DNA from: Patellaria atrata CBS 101060
Lineage: Eukaryota
Assembly: GCA_010093705.1 (NCBI GenBank)
Contig: MU006089.1
Coordinates: forward strand, 2,901,561 to 2,965,560
Reading direction: 5' to 3'
DNA length: 64,000 nt
Below the pieces are notes generated by a model. That model saw nothing but the letters and a program-made list of their open reading frames with translations. It searched no databases and was not told the origin of the DNA. How positions within the stretch are numbered: the stretch's first letter is position 1; every line of letters begins with the position of its first letter. Shown here one piece after another: positions 37,442 through 50,272 of this stretch. Position numbers and translations under genes: made by a program.

Positions 37442-38849
37442 TTATATCAAGACATCCACGACCTGCTCATCCTCATCCTCATCTTCCTCTTCGGGTACTT
37501 CCCGCACCTTTTCCTCATCCGGAATGCCCCTATCCACTCCATCCCCCTCCTCCCCCCTCATAAGCACCTGGACTAACCTCTCACACGCCTCCCTGACTCC
37601 CTCCTCCTCAACACCCAAATGTAACTCCCTAACAATCGGATACGTCCCCACGCCCCTCAACCTCTCTCGGCCCTCCCTCGTCGTGCTCAAAAGCAATAGC
37701 GTCTCAAGATGCGTCTTCAGAATATCCGCCTCCTGCTCGCGCTCGTGATCAGGAGCCAGGATTTGTAAGTCGTCCAAGAAGACTTCCTCTTCCTCAGGAG
37801 CAAAAGTCGAAGAGGGAGATATCAGGGGAAGAAGGAGATAGGGGAGCGTGTCCGTCGTGACAGACTGCTGGGGTAGAGATAGCAGCGACGGGTGCGAAGG
37901 GAGTTGGAACGCCGTATTCTTCAACGCGGAAGCCACTCCCAACCGCCGGGTTTGCGAAGGGTGGGAGGTGAAGACCTGGAGTTTAGATAGGGGAATCTGA
38001 TTCGCGTCGTGAGGTTGAGGTGTTGTGAGGTACGTTTGCGCCATAGGGAACTTAGCCATGTCGGCGAAGAAGTAGGAGAGGTAGTCGTAGTCTGCGTGCT
38101 TGTTGTAACGGCCTTCGGCGCCCTTGACGAAGCAATCGAGGAGTTGGTCCATGGCGTTTTTGGAGATGGAGAGGTCTTTTGGTATCCGTCGTTCGAGGGA
38201 TAGGATGCGAGACATGCTGTCGGATTTGGCCATGTTGGCGAGGAGCATGGCCATTTCGTTTGCGTTTGGCTCGTTATTGCTCTAGTGTATACGTCAGTAT
38301 GTATGAAAGATGGGGACTTTATGATGGAAAAAGGGGTAGATCGAGAGGATATCGAATTGAGGAGAACTGACATACAGTGACCCTCAACATCAGACTTTCC
38401 AGAAACTCATCATCCTTTGCCAACTCTTTCAAAACTTCCTTGTCTTTAGACAGGTTGATAAGCATAGTCAGTGCGTTCTTAGCTATTGGCTATTCAGAAC
38501 ATAATCAGCACCTCTCCTTTGTTTTAAAAGAAAATTTGGAATCTCCAGCGCATACAGGGTAATCTTTAACTAGGAGTTTTAGATCTCTTATTGGAGTCAA
38601 CTGCCCGGTCTTAAATATCGAAGGCTGTGCAATAGAATATCCCACCAGGTGCTCTGCCGCTGAAAGTCATAGTCAGGTTAGTCTGATCACCGGAGTGCGC
38701 TATATCCTACGACACATACCGACTTGACGGATTTGGGTGTTGCCATGGTGTAAGAATTCTACAAGCTAATAATGAGGTTTAGTTGGTACAACAGTAATAT
38801 GTCTAGTGATAGGTGACAATATACATACCTCTTCTAGTTCTGTAGGCAT
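37442..38849 (-). CDS. HGH1: HGH1/FAM203 family protein (eEF2 chaperone), multi-exon
   Basis: Starts MPTELEE|LVEFLHHGNTQIR; MLLANMAK; MDQLLDCFVKG..YNKHADYDYLSYFFAD; RRLGVASALKN; YPIVRELHL; ACERLVQVLMR. Confidence 0.92.
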
Positions 38850-39332
38850 CTTGTGGTTCCTTTCCAGTTTATTATTTTTCGGCCAAATCTTTTTGAAGTT
38901 CTGTACTGTACAATATTTTCGGTTGTGGCGTCATTCGGGTTGATAAATTTATCCTTGCTTGCCTTATCGATTACTATCCGATATATCGAAGTTACCAGGA
39001 CTTGGCTTTATATTAGGGCTGATATTTTTATATGAGAAATGGAGAGCTTCATATGCTGTCGAAAATATTTTGAATTCCCACTATTTTATTATAATTATAT
39101 AATATCAGACTATTGTGGCATTTCTCAGGCTCACATAAACCCAGTTTGCATACTTAATACGCCTTAGCCTAAATAATATCAAACGTTGATTATTTCGTCA
39201 ACGCCTCCAACCAGATACATGCAGATTTTCCCCTAGATAATAATGATGAATGGTCAAATATTGTACAAGTAGTAAATATAGCAGATCCGCACGTCATGGC
39301 CAACGACGATATGCCAAAGGGATAAAACTTGC

Positions 39333-40356
39333 TTAAAAGATACCGAAGCCATTAGCGAACCAAGTGAACGATAATACTGTGACCATTGTGGTGCCGAGAA
39401 GAACAGTTAAAGTTTGACGTTCCATTGACTGGACGCCGGCGTTGCAGACGATACAATGATAGTCTATGAACAAATTGTAAGTAGGTATTGCATAAAGGGG
39501 GAGGGGTAGACATACCATTCCAGTCTACCTTGGGCTTCGGTGTATACATTCCGAAAGAGAACTGCTTAAAAGCACTAAGGTATCCAGCTTGCGGTATAGC
39601 AGTTGTCCCGGCTTCAGAATCGTAGATAAGCAGTGTATACATGGCAACGACATACGCAGGGGAGGGAGTGGGTTTTGTATCCCACACGAAGAGTGCTGAT
39701 GTTTCGAAAGATTGATTCGCTGCAATTGTATATAGGGCATTATTGACCGTGCATGTAGCCATAACATCAATATAGGATGGCGTTGCGCTTAGGGATGTAT
39801 AGTTCCAGCCAAAGGTGATGTAATCACCAACTTTGTAGTATTGCGGTCCTTCCAAAGGGCCAGGTGTCTGCAATTGAACACCGCCAGCTGGATCTAATGG
39901 ATTGATGGCTTTAGTTCTAGAGAAAGTTCTAGTTCCCGTTCTTGAGCCGCGTCTGGTACCAGTCTCTGTCCCCTCTTCTGTTCGTGTACCGGTTCGAGGA
40001 GGTCTGTCTGTCATTTCCGGATCCTCAGTCTCTGTAGACTCTCCAGTTACAGTTGTCTCCGGTTCTCGTGTTCTCGTAGGAGTATCGTCACGCGTAATAG
40101 TTGGCTCACTTGTCTCTGCCGGTTCAGTTTCCCGTGCTGTGGTTCTCGAGTTTTCTTCGTCTGAATATCCATATATCAGTACCCTCGCATCTGGTCATCG
40201 TAATCCACTCTTACCATCATTGTCTTGTCTTGGAAATACGTAACCCTCGAGTGCTTCTACCGGCTTCAGATCGTAAACATCCTCTAATCTTGGCCAGGCC
40301 GCGGTAAGTGTCGAGAAGGCCACAAAAGTAGTAACGAGAAACTGAGATGCTTTCAT
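39333..40356 (-). CDS. Conserved fungal secreted/membrane-anchored hypothetical protein with T-rich stalk, 3 exons
   Basis: Signal peptide MKASQFLVTTFVAFSTLTAAWP at 40356; T/E/R-rich linker; DPAGGVQLQTP..YYKVGDYITFGWNYTSL; FGMYTP; C-terminal hydrophobic TTMVTVLSFTWF. Confidence 0.8.
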
Positions 40357-41595
40357 TCCGAGAATGATTGCAGAATCGCTGGATAGTAATCGGAGAAAGC
40401 ACTATAATTGTTTGGTTGAAGGTCGAGGTTATCGGAAGGTTTGTCGCCACGGTTCTCCTGGATGCACGGCTTGTTTGAGATGGAACTTAAGGGGGTTGTG
40501 GAAAACAAACGCGATAATCGGACACTTTGGCTTTCCTAGGGTGAAACGAGCGACAAGAAAGGGTTTAAACGAAGGGATAAGGTTGAAAAGTGAGTATTGA
40601 GAAGAGTGGAGGAGTGAAGTTTGCGTCGAGGAAGAGGAGAAAAATGCTTGGATTGACGATCGGGGCTCGGTTGACAGGGGCAATGCAGGTTTCCCTGTCA
40701 CTTTTGATGTTGCTATTTTGGGTTCTCGTCTTCCCCAACACGAGAGACACGAACACGACAAAACATTAATAAAACATCTTCAGATGGATAAACACCAACA
40801 ATGAACATGATATTCTATCACTTTCCAGATAGGACTCTACACAGATTTATGTTTTGAATACAGGTTGACTCTCATCGCAGCTTTCTTTTAACCGCTACCT
40901 TATGGAGTTCCAAACCTTCATAACGTCCGCGATTTCTACAGTACCCGGTCCGAAAACCACAGATTCACAGTAGAGTATGAGGGATTTCAAAGAAACCTGA
41001 GATAGCGCGCTTAAGGGATCGTTTCCTATCCCATCCAGCATTGGATTCATGTCTCTTCAAGATATCTACCTCACATTTCTACAAGACCACGAAAAGTATA
41101 GTTGATGGGATGTGAGACTCGAATATACTCGGACCTCCTCATTCTATACAGTGGTAGGCCTTACACTTTACAGAGTAGGTTCAGAATATTTCTTCTATAA
41201 CGTGCCATCGTTTGCCGCGGCATTCAGCTGCGTAGCCGTGCTAGGAAGCACAAAACCCTCCCTATTCGCTTTCTTTCGTCCAATTACAAGGTAGATTGTC
41301 TCTTCTAGAAAGAAATTGTTTTGCAAAGACAAGATAAGTGTGAAAGTTTTCCTCTCTACAGTAAAATGCTACCTATGTACAAGAGTAGCATTGTAGCACT
41401 CTATCATCTTGAACTGATTGGTCAATAAGTTTCAAGTACCGAGCACCACTGTAATCCGAATTTTCCATTCTTCTAGACTTCGACAAGTATCCTAGTTTTC
41501 CTACACTACCACTATTCTCACAACCGAAGATATAGGAACCTTTTCAATCAAAGACAGTCTTAAAATAGTCTAGACAATCCGTTTAAGTAGTCAAA

Positions 41596-42975
41596 ATGTC
41601 CACTGTGGGCAACACTGAGATTTACGCCCTAATAGACTATGAAGATACCTACGTTCAGCCACTCATAAAGGTTGCATTAGATTCTCGTATGCCCCCTTCG
41701 TCTATCAAATACATATCATCAATTTCCGAACTCCCATCAGAAAATTCCCCGCTGTTACAAATCAGAGCCTATGAATCTCTCGACTTCGAACTCGCTCTAA
41801 AAAGCGACTCCGCCCTGATAAACGCATACATCATCCGCAAAGCCCTCATAAGAAAGCATTTCCTATCAACAGCAGTGTCCAATTGGATCACAAAGCATCC
41901 AACCTCCCTCCTCCGTAATCACGTAAAACCAGCCGTTGAGTTCGAACTCGACTACGCCGAATTCCTCGACGACGCTCTCCTCGAAGCCTACGAACTCCGC
42001 GCCAGCTTCGAAAAGAACGAAACCCTAGCCCCTGAAGATCGGGGATGGTGGATCCTCAAACCCAGCATGAGCGACAGGGGACAAGGGATCCGTCTCTTCA
42101 GCACCGAACAAGAACTCACCTCCATATTCGAGTCCTGGGAAGCCGAATGCCCCGACTCAGACGAGGAACTCCAGACATCAGATACCGAACCTGAAGGCCC
42201 AATTCAAACCCCGAAGAAGGACCAAGGAGACTACATCATAACCTCCCACCTTCGCCACTTCATCGCCCAACCCTACATCCACCCGCCCCTCCTTTTCCCC
42301 TCCCTTCACCGCAAATTCCATATAAGAACCTACGTCCTCGCCGTCGGCGCCCTACGAGTCTACGTCCACAAACCCATGCTCGCCCTCTTCTCCACCGCCC
42401 CCTACGTCCCCCCCTCTTCCTCCCCCTCAACCCTCCCCGCACACCTCACAAACACATGTCTGCAAACCCCCGCCCGCGAAGGGACCGTTCAAGATTTCTG
42501 GTGTCTCCCCTCCACCCTCCCGCCTCTCCCCTCCAACCCAGACACAGACACAGACACAGATTGGAAAACTCCGGTCTTCGACACAATCTGCACCATAACC
42601 TCCTCCCTTTTCGAAGCCGTCGCCCGGACCGCGAGCGTGCATTTCCAGCCCCTCCCGTCGGCGTTCGAGGTCTTTGGCCTTGATTTCTTGCTCGATGACG
42701 CCGCGAATCCGTGGTTGTTGGAGGTGAACGCTTTTCCGGACTTTGCGCGCACGGGGGAGGGGTTGAAGGATGTTGTGGGCGGGTTGTGGGAGGATGTCGT
42801 TGAGGTTGGGGTTTTGCCTTATTTTGGGATGGGGGGGAGGAAGGCGGGAACGGAGAGGATGAGGTTGGTGCTGGATTTGGGCCGGGTGAGGGATGTTTGT
42901 TTGTTTGTTTGGGGAGGGGGGGGGGATGCTCTCTGGTGGAACTGGGGTGGCGGATGTGGGCATATTTGTAGTTGA
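41596..42975 (+). CDS. Tubulin-tyrosine ligase family ATP-grasp protein (Pby1-like TTL domain)
   Basis: NAYIIRKALIRKHFL; WILKPSMSDRGQGIRLF; IAQPYIHPPLL; RKFHIRTYVL; HLTNTCLQ; FEVFGLDFLLD; WLLEVNAFPDF. The extreme C-terminus is uncertain (possible intron near 42886). Confidence 0.9.
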   Translation: MSTVGNTEIYALIDYEDTYVQPLIKVALDSRMPPSSIKYISSISELPSENSPLLQIRAYESLDFELALKSDSALINAYIIRKALIRKHFLSTAVSNWITKHPTSLLRNHVKPAVEFELDYAEFLDDALLEAYELRASFEKNETLAPEDRGWWILKPSMSDRGQGIRLFSTEQELTSIFESWEAECPDSDEELQTSDTEPEGPIQTPKKDQGDYIITSHLRHFIAQPYIHPPLLFPSLHRKFHIRTYVLAVGALRVYVHKPMLALFSTAPYVPPSSSPSTLPAHLTNTCLQTPAREGTVQDFWCLPSTLPPLPSNPDTDTDTDWKTPVFDTICTITSSLFEAVARTASVHFQPLPSAFEVFGLDFLLDDAANPWLLEVNAFPDFARTGEGLKDVVGGLWEDVVEVGVLPYFGMGGRKAGTERMRLVLDLGRVRDVCLFVWGGGGDALWWNWGGGCGHICS

Positions 42976-43360
42976 GACGGATCCTGAGTTGGCTCTGGTC
43001 TATGTAAGGTACTTAAACGTTCTTTCCCATGCGGTTTCAACGTCGTACTAGGATCTCGTTCAGTTAAGTGATATATACGCAGAATGAAGACGCGGTAAAG
43101 GAGCTCATATATCTCAATCGGTAAACTCTGTACCGAAACGGCGCAAAAACAAATCAGAATCTATATACGCGAACTACTTAAAAATCAAAGACGCTAAACA
43201 ACCCACGAAAAGAGCCATATGGGGTATCTATCTGCACCACCTTTGCCCAATCTAACAACTCAGGAAAAAAAAAAAAAAAAGCTCTGATATAGATCACCGT
43301 AAATCCCCATCTAGATCCTCCTCTCCCTACCTCATCTTACCATACCCCCAATCACCCCAC

Positions 43361-45741
43361 CTAAAAATTCCTATCATCAACCCAATCGCTATCACTATCC
43401 CCCCACTCGCCCTCCCCCTCCATGCCCCTACCCAGCATCCCATTCCGTCCCTCCACCTCAGCGGGATCATCAAGCACATGTCTGGCCCAGAGCCCAACCC
43501 TTGCAGCACCCGTCCTACTCCCATCCCTACTCAACCCCGCCATGGTGCTCGAACTCGGCGTTCCTCCTTCCTCCCCACCCCTCCCCCTCCTCCGCAAACT
43601 ACTCTGCCTACTCCCCCACAAATTCCACCCGCTCCCTCTGGGACTCGGATTCGACGTATTCCTTGACGGTGTATGCGAGCGTGTCTGCTGTTGTTGATGT
43701 CGATGCGGTCTAGTGGGTGTTGAAGACGGACGCAGCGCATACGACTCGTTCACGAAATCCGCCGCCGCGTTACCGGTGCCGTAGACTTCTATCTCCATAC
43801 CGGCGGCTGACTGCATGGGGGAGGAATCCCGCGTCGTGCGCGTGCGGGTGAGTGTGTAAGTCCTGGGAACGGAGGAGAGGGAGACGTTGGCGAAGCGACG
43901 GGCGAGGGCTTCGTCTGCGCGTTCTTGGGCGCGGCGGGCGGCGAGTTCGGCGTGGTAGGCGCCGGGGGAGGGGACGGGGGGTGGGAGCATCGGGGAATGG
44001 GAGTGGAGGAGTGGGGGAGGCCGGGAGGGGCTGGATGTCATGAGGGGTGGTGGTGGGATGTGAGGGAGGAATGTTGCGGTGGGGAGAGGCGGGGGCATGG
44101 GTGGTGGGCCGTCAGGGACTTGGATTACTTGCGGGATTTGCATGTAGTTGAGTTGGTCGCTGGTGTCAGGGGGATAGTTGAACCAGGGGCATTCGCAGGT
44201 TTTCCAGCGTTTGCCGCAGCGCATGCAGAATTGGGCGCCGCATCGACTGTGAACATAGTGTCAGTTATTCTATCTTTCATATGGGTGTGTAGTAGAGAGC
44301 GTACCATGTCATATGGTTGCAGCCCTCTTTCAGCTGCACCATATGCTTGCAGTTGTGGCATCTCTGCCAACCTTCCTCTTTCGCGGTGGCTAGAAATTGT
44401 TTGGTCTCCTCATCCTTGGGGCAATCCTTCCGCATGTGCCACTTTCCATTGCAAAGGATACATATCTTCGTCTTGCACCGATTGCACTTGCCGTACTTAC
44501 GTCCAACGCTGGTATCCATCTTAATGTTGGATGGTTTAATCCATTCTCCACAACCTCGTACTGGACAGTATATCCTATTCTTGGTTGTGTATTCTTGGTA
44601 TTTTTTGTTCCATAAGATTTTAAACTTATCGCTGAATAGTCTTTCCACATGCTTTAAAGGGACATGCTCTGCTGTACAGCATGTCGGGGGCATGCGTGAT
44701 GGATCCGTGACGGATAGTTCGAAGTTACGTTTAAGACAACTATGACATTGTCGATGGCCACATTCGAGCTTTGCTGTTCTTGAGATTGGAATGTCATCTG
44801 CCATACAGATAACACAATCAACGCTAATAGTGTCATTAGCAACGCGTTGTTATCTTTACGAGACAATACCTACCGTTTCTGTGGTGCCCGAGGCGGCGGT
44901 GGACCAAAGAATGTGTTCAGAAAACCAGCACTCGCACGTCTCGTCTTATTCGGGGATGTTGAAACGTGTGTTCTACCAGATACTGATGCGGCACGGGTTA
45001 CCCGTCTCTCTGAGTCTGGTATAGATGGTGCGCGTGGACGACTGACAGTAGTTGCTCTTCTCAAACCAGGTCTAACAGAGCGCCGAGCATCATACGTGGA
45101 ACGACTTCTGTACATATTAATGTCCCGAATCAGCGGATTGAAAACTGAGCATCATACCTGCTCAACTTGGGTAGGTCAACGGCCTCGGGAGGGGACTCCA
45201 CATAGATGGTTGTAACATCCCTTCGGCTTTTGCGCCTTGAATCGGATGAATCTCCCACTTCTCTTCTAACATCTCGGGTAGAACGTGATGGCCGTATCTC
45301 CACTGCCCGTACTCTTCTACTGCTCTTTGGTGTTGTCCGTGATCGTGTTGGACGCTGTATGATAACCGGGGGAAGCTCCTCAACTTCGTGATCCGCATTA
45401 TTGTACACATAGACAACCTCGTCGACTTCTCGATCCTTACTTCTTTGCCTCGTTCCTTCAGCCTCGGGTCGTCGTCGACGGTGCTCTCTACCGCTGCTCG
45501 CTTTATTCCGCGTTCTTGTCCCTGTTACCGGACGGCCAGCCTCATCTTGTGCCATGCGGCTTTTCGGTTCTCTCCGCCTCCTTTCTTCACTAGGGATACT
45601 ATAATAATCCTCTCTTGCCCGCCTCAGATCTTCTACTTCGGGTTCATCCAGTTCGTCCGCTCGGCGATATCTTCTCGACCTGCGATGAGACTGTGCAGGA
45701 CTCTCAGCGTAGTCGGAGTATGGGTCGTAATCTCTGGCCAT
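43361..45741 (-). CDS. RBR (RING-IBR-RING) E3 ubiquitin ligase, 4 exons
   Basis: CVIC..CGHRQCHSC; IYCP..CGEWI..CNRC..CILC; WQRCHNCKHMVQLKEGCNHMT|CRCGAQFCMRCGKRWKTCECPWF. Confidence 0.9.
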
Positions 45742-46858
45742 TTCGAGGCAAATGTAGCCCCCTTCACCACCTTCCAGGTGAAGACCTGGGAGTGTGGTAT
45801 AGAGGCCGGGGCTGAATGGTCGTGTGGATGGCGGTGGGCTTGCTACAGTCGATTTCGCCAAGAGCCAATCGCCATATACTTTTAATTCCCTGCAGTTGGG
45901 CGTCTGACCCTTTTGTCTCGCCTTTTCAACCAGCACATCACCACCTCATCATCACAATCATAACATCACTAAGGTAATTGTCCTCCAGCAAGCATGGAGC
46001 TTACCCTCCATTCTTCTAACTAGTTGCTTTGCTGTTTCTTGTTTTCTCATTCGTAGCAAATTGAGTCGGACAAGGCCGTCAGTGTTCTGTTTGGCCACGA
46101 ACATGGCATCGACTGATCCTCGCACTCCACTGTTGCGTTGTACACGTCTATCTACGCCCACTTTCGGGCATTTCGAAACTCAGTCTCCTCTCGGCCTGTC
46201 TCCTGGGCATAATATAACAAAAGAAACTTTCGATTGTAACACCTCGCCTAGAGATCGCTAGGGATGATATCATTTTGAAGAAGAAAATACTCCCAGAGCG
46301 TCATGACAACGTCTCTTGACCTCATCTGTACACCATGCCCATGTTCCACCGTTCGTAGATCTTAAGTAGTGCAGTTAAAAAAAAATTATATTTCCGTCTC
46401 TTTCTTAAACGATGTGAATTCTCTCCCTCGTTCTCTTTCTATTGTTTCCTGTGATATCGTAACTTTATGCATGAATTCGTCAGATCCAAATAGTTCCTGC
46501 ATTATGTATCTGCACCTGTCCGAATTTGTTTGTTTGACCGTAGCCCTACCAAACTCGTCCATGAAATACATATCTTGGTCCTCACGGTTGTAGTCTTGAA
46601 ACTCGGAATATTGGTATCTAACTCACAATATTAGACCTGATTGTTCCAAACCCTTCGATCTTCGTCTCGGTACTAATGATGAATCTCTAAACATCTCAAG
46701 TCTAGAATATAGTTAACGGACGACGTTACCAATACGTCCAAACAGCATATCAAAACGCCGTCAAATTAGAAGTAGAGAGAGTTAAGGACATGGGTGAATG
46801 AAAAGAAAATGAAGAAGAGATATTTTATTCCATAAAGACAATCCTCAGGACTTGAAAT

Positions 46859-46958
46859 NNNNNNNNNNNNNNNNNNNNNNNNNNNNNNNNNNNNNNNNNN
46901 NNNNNNNNNNNNNNNNNNNNNNNNNNNNNNNNNNNNNNNNNNNNNNNNNNNNNNNNNN
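46859..46958. other. Assembly gap (100 N)
   Basis: Run of exactly 100 N, usually a placeholder for a gap of unknown size. Confidence 1.
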
Positions 46959-48077
46959 TAAAATAGAGGGAAAAAATAGCAAAAGAACGCTCTTATCCAT
47001 AAGATGAGAGTCAAGAAGCCCCGGGCAGTTTGCTTGAGCAATATTCCAATATTAAGCCATGTGCGGGACTCGAACTGCGGACTAGGGCATACGTACCTGA
47101 TATTGTCCCAATATTAACTGCACTATGACGGAACGAATTTTCATACCCTTTCAATCAATCATAAACTACCTGCTCAGTTCCGAGTTGGGAAGAGACATGT
47201 GACAACCTCCGCCTCGGGATACGTTTGCGTCTGCGTAAGAATTCGCACCAGAGACAATCGATATCAGGAGTACTCAACCTGCGAACTATCCCCGACCCCC
47301 GCTTTGAGATGAAGGGAGCTCATATACCCAACGCCTTGCCCGAATTTTTAACTTTCATATAGGGACCTTCTACTGCTGTAACTCTACATCCACAATTTAC
47401 CACAACCCAACTTCCACCCCGACATGCGGCACACAATATCCCCTCTCCCTCGCACCCACCCTCTCAACACCTCCCCGAACCTAACCCCTTCTCAACAGAA
47501 ACCAAACCGACCCCCTTTCCTCCTGTAACCGCACCCCTATCCCATCCACCTCCCACCTCCTCTTCGCGCCAGCGAACGCGGGAGCGAGGCAACGGTCATG
47601 CGTCTCAGCTACTTTGAGGTTTGTCTCCCGGTATTCCCAGAGGAGGACTCGTGCTTCTTTCCCGCTGAGATCGAAACGGCGTCAGAGTCATGATATCTGA
47701 ACTCGGCGATACCGTTTCATCCCGCACATGTCGATTTTTACTAGCTCTTCTAGAGGTAAGGTAAGAAGCAACATCCCTTCCCCCGGGGGCTAGAGTAGTG
47801 AGGATGAAGGACCATCGAATTTGGATCTTTTAGGTCTCTAAATGGTACCACTACTCCCAAACCCGGCGTTAGAAATCTCCCACAACAAGATAAAAAGAAG
47901 GGAGGACGTCAAAAGTACAGTCCCAAGTCGAACCGAACCTGATTCCAAATTCGTGTATTGCAATAGAGTTCAACCCCTTTCCGTCGACGAGAGTCTATAA
48001 CTAGTTCAATATTTATCACACCACGTGAACAGCAACAACCGACTAGTTCTACTACCGCAATCGGGACGTTGCGCTCC

Positions 48078-48078
<1 letters not shown>

Positions 48079-48120
<42 letters not shown>
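48079..48120. repeat. Poly-C homopolymer (~42 nt)
   Basis: Uninterrupted C run. Confidence 0.95.
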
Positions 48121-48121
<1 letters not shown>

Positions 48122-48767
48122 AATTATTCATACCATAGGTGCAAAAATACCCCAGAATCCCACTATCCAGATCCCACCTTCTCTCTCCCGCCTTGCTCAA
48201 AGAGAAGGATACGCTGAACCAGAGTGTCTAACTTACACACCACGATACACGGGCGTCGTTTAGGACTGGATATCTACATATCCCAATTGTGACGCTAACG
48301 CACCGGATTCCAGTGTGAAAGGTCGAAATTAGGGAAAACTTATTGTGGGTTTAGCTACGCGTGACTTATCTCACTGTTATTCCATTCTACGGTAAGGACG
48401 ACTGGGTTTCCCCTGGGTTTTATAAGCTGGTGTGGAAGTAGAGGTACAGTATGATGTTCCGGGATAGAGAGCTGGATGTTAGAAAGAGATGTAGAGGTAG
48501 TCGACTCCAACGAACTTATGACTCGTATGGTAGCTCAAGTGGTATATGAACCTAAATCACAATCGGCATGCAAGAGCAATCCCACAAACCATATACCCAA
48601 CGGCATCCCATAAACCCCTTCAGCATAAATACATACGTAACGCATACACCACAAGGATCTTTCCACCTCACCATCTCGCGTCCGACTTCCTCCTTCTTTC
48701 CGCACAACGCTCCAGTATCCATCCCAAAAATTCACAAACCACACCACTCCTCACGACACACCTGTCA

Positions 48768-48802
48768 TACAGTACAATACAGTACAGTACAGTACAGTAC
48801 AG
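48768..48802. repeat. (CAGTA)n pentanucleotide microsatellite
   Basis: tacagtacaatacagtacagtacagtacagtacag. Confidence 0.9.
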
Positions 48803-49247
48803 CACCGAACTAAACAATGCTTAACACGACCCCGGGCCTCAGCCCAGTCCAGTCAGCTGACCCACAATCCCTTATCCCCTATCCCCTATTCCCTGTCCGT
48901 ACAGTAAGCACTGCAGCGCCGATCCCAAACCTCAACCCTCAAATATAGATCTACGACGCATGAACCCCTTTCGTACCATATATGCGTACACTCGAATCGA
49001 ACATCACGGCCAGAAAAGCGAGAGCGAGACGGACGAGATTTGGTTGAACCATCTCGCGAGGAAAATCGGGTTGATCTATCCGAGCGAAAACGCGCAAAAA
49101 GCAAGTACCAACTACACTAACAGCGAAGAAGATCAAGCACAGCGCAAAAATGTCATTGACGCCCGGGGAACAATGACTTCCCTCCTACCCTAATGACTCG
49201 GTTCGTAATCAAAATAACTTAGATTACTCCCTCCAGACAGCGTCTTC

Positions 49248-50272
49248 CTATGCCTGCTCACAAGCACGCCACCAGCCCAAATTTCGCTCATTCAACCTCT
49301 CCATCCCGCCCACTCCATCCAGTGGGCTCGGAAGTGGAGAGCTCGCGCGGGACTCCCCAAAAACCTTCTGCAGGGCCCCTTTCGCGAATTTCTTCGTCGG
49401 CGAGCGCATATCCGCCACACTCAACGGCCTGCTCGTCGACGGGGAAAATATGATGAAGTCTCTATCGCGGGGGGACGTAGGGATCACGATGGCGGATGAT
49501 GCCTTCCCTGTCGACGGGGGTTTAGAGACGGGTTTGGTTTCGAGGCCACCGGGAGAGGAGACGGTGGAGAGGACGCCGAAGCGGGAGCGGAAGTAAGAGA
49601 GTGCGCCTTCGTTTGTGGGGACGATGGTGGCTTCGCCGGGGTTCCAGTTCGCGGCGCAGTAGACGCCGTCGTCGGCTTCGGCGCGGAAGGCTTGGAGGAG
49701 GCGGAGGGTTTCGAGGACGGAGCGGCCGACTGCGGTGTCGTTGATGGATATCTTGTTTGATGTTAGTTGTTTGTATATGATTGGTAGTGGCGAGTTATGT
49801 GAAGCAAATGTGTGCGGATAGCCCCGACGTACGATATAAGCAATCAATCAAACACTCGCGTAGGTGGACGTACGTGCTTGACGATCCCGTCGGGATTGAT
49901 AATGAACATCCCGCGTAGAGACACCCCTTCATCTTCAAGTAGAACCCCGTAAGCTTTACTCATCTTGTGATTCTGGTCGCTGAGTAGGGGGATATTGATA
50001 TTGCCAAGTCCTCCTTCGATTAAGGGTCTACTCTGCCATTGGTGCAAGGAGTGTTTCGAATCGGTAGAAACAAATACAATGGATGCCCCATTCTCGGTGA
50101 ATTCATCCATGACATTATTGAAAGATATGACCTCGGTAGGACAGACGTAGGAGAATGCCATCGGGATGAAAAGTAGGATCAGCCATTAGTTTCGCTCCAG
50201 ATAGTAATCCAGGGAGAGCTCCTCGAAATTACCGCAGACTACGGCGGCACAACGGAAGTCCGGTGCACGCAT
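49248..50272 (-). pseudogene. Peroxiredoxin (AhpC/TSA family) with one in-frame stop (pseudogene or sequence error)
   Basis: MRAPDFRC..ELSLDYYLERN*WLILLFIPMAFSYVCPTE; VSTDS; IPLLSDQNHKMSKAYGVL; LRGMFII; intron 49752-49873; INDTAVGRSVLETLRLLQAF; YCAANWNPG. TAA at 50186-50188. Confidence 0.8.

Noticed and set aside
46766..47041. ORF spanning the N run
   Set aside because: Artefact of translating through the assembly gap.
48006..48263. Poly-Gly and poly-Pro ORFs
   Set aside because: Produced by the poly-C homopolymer.
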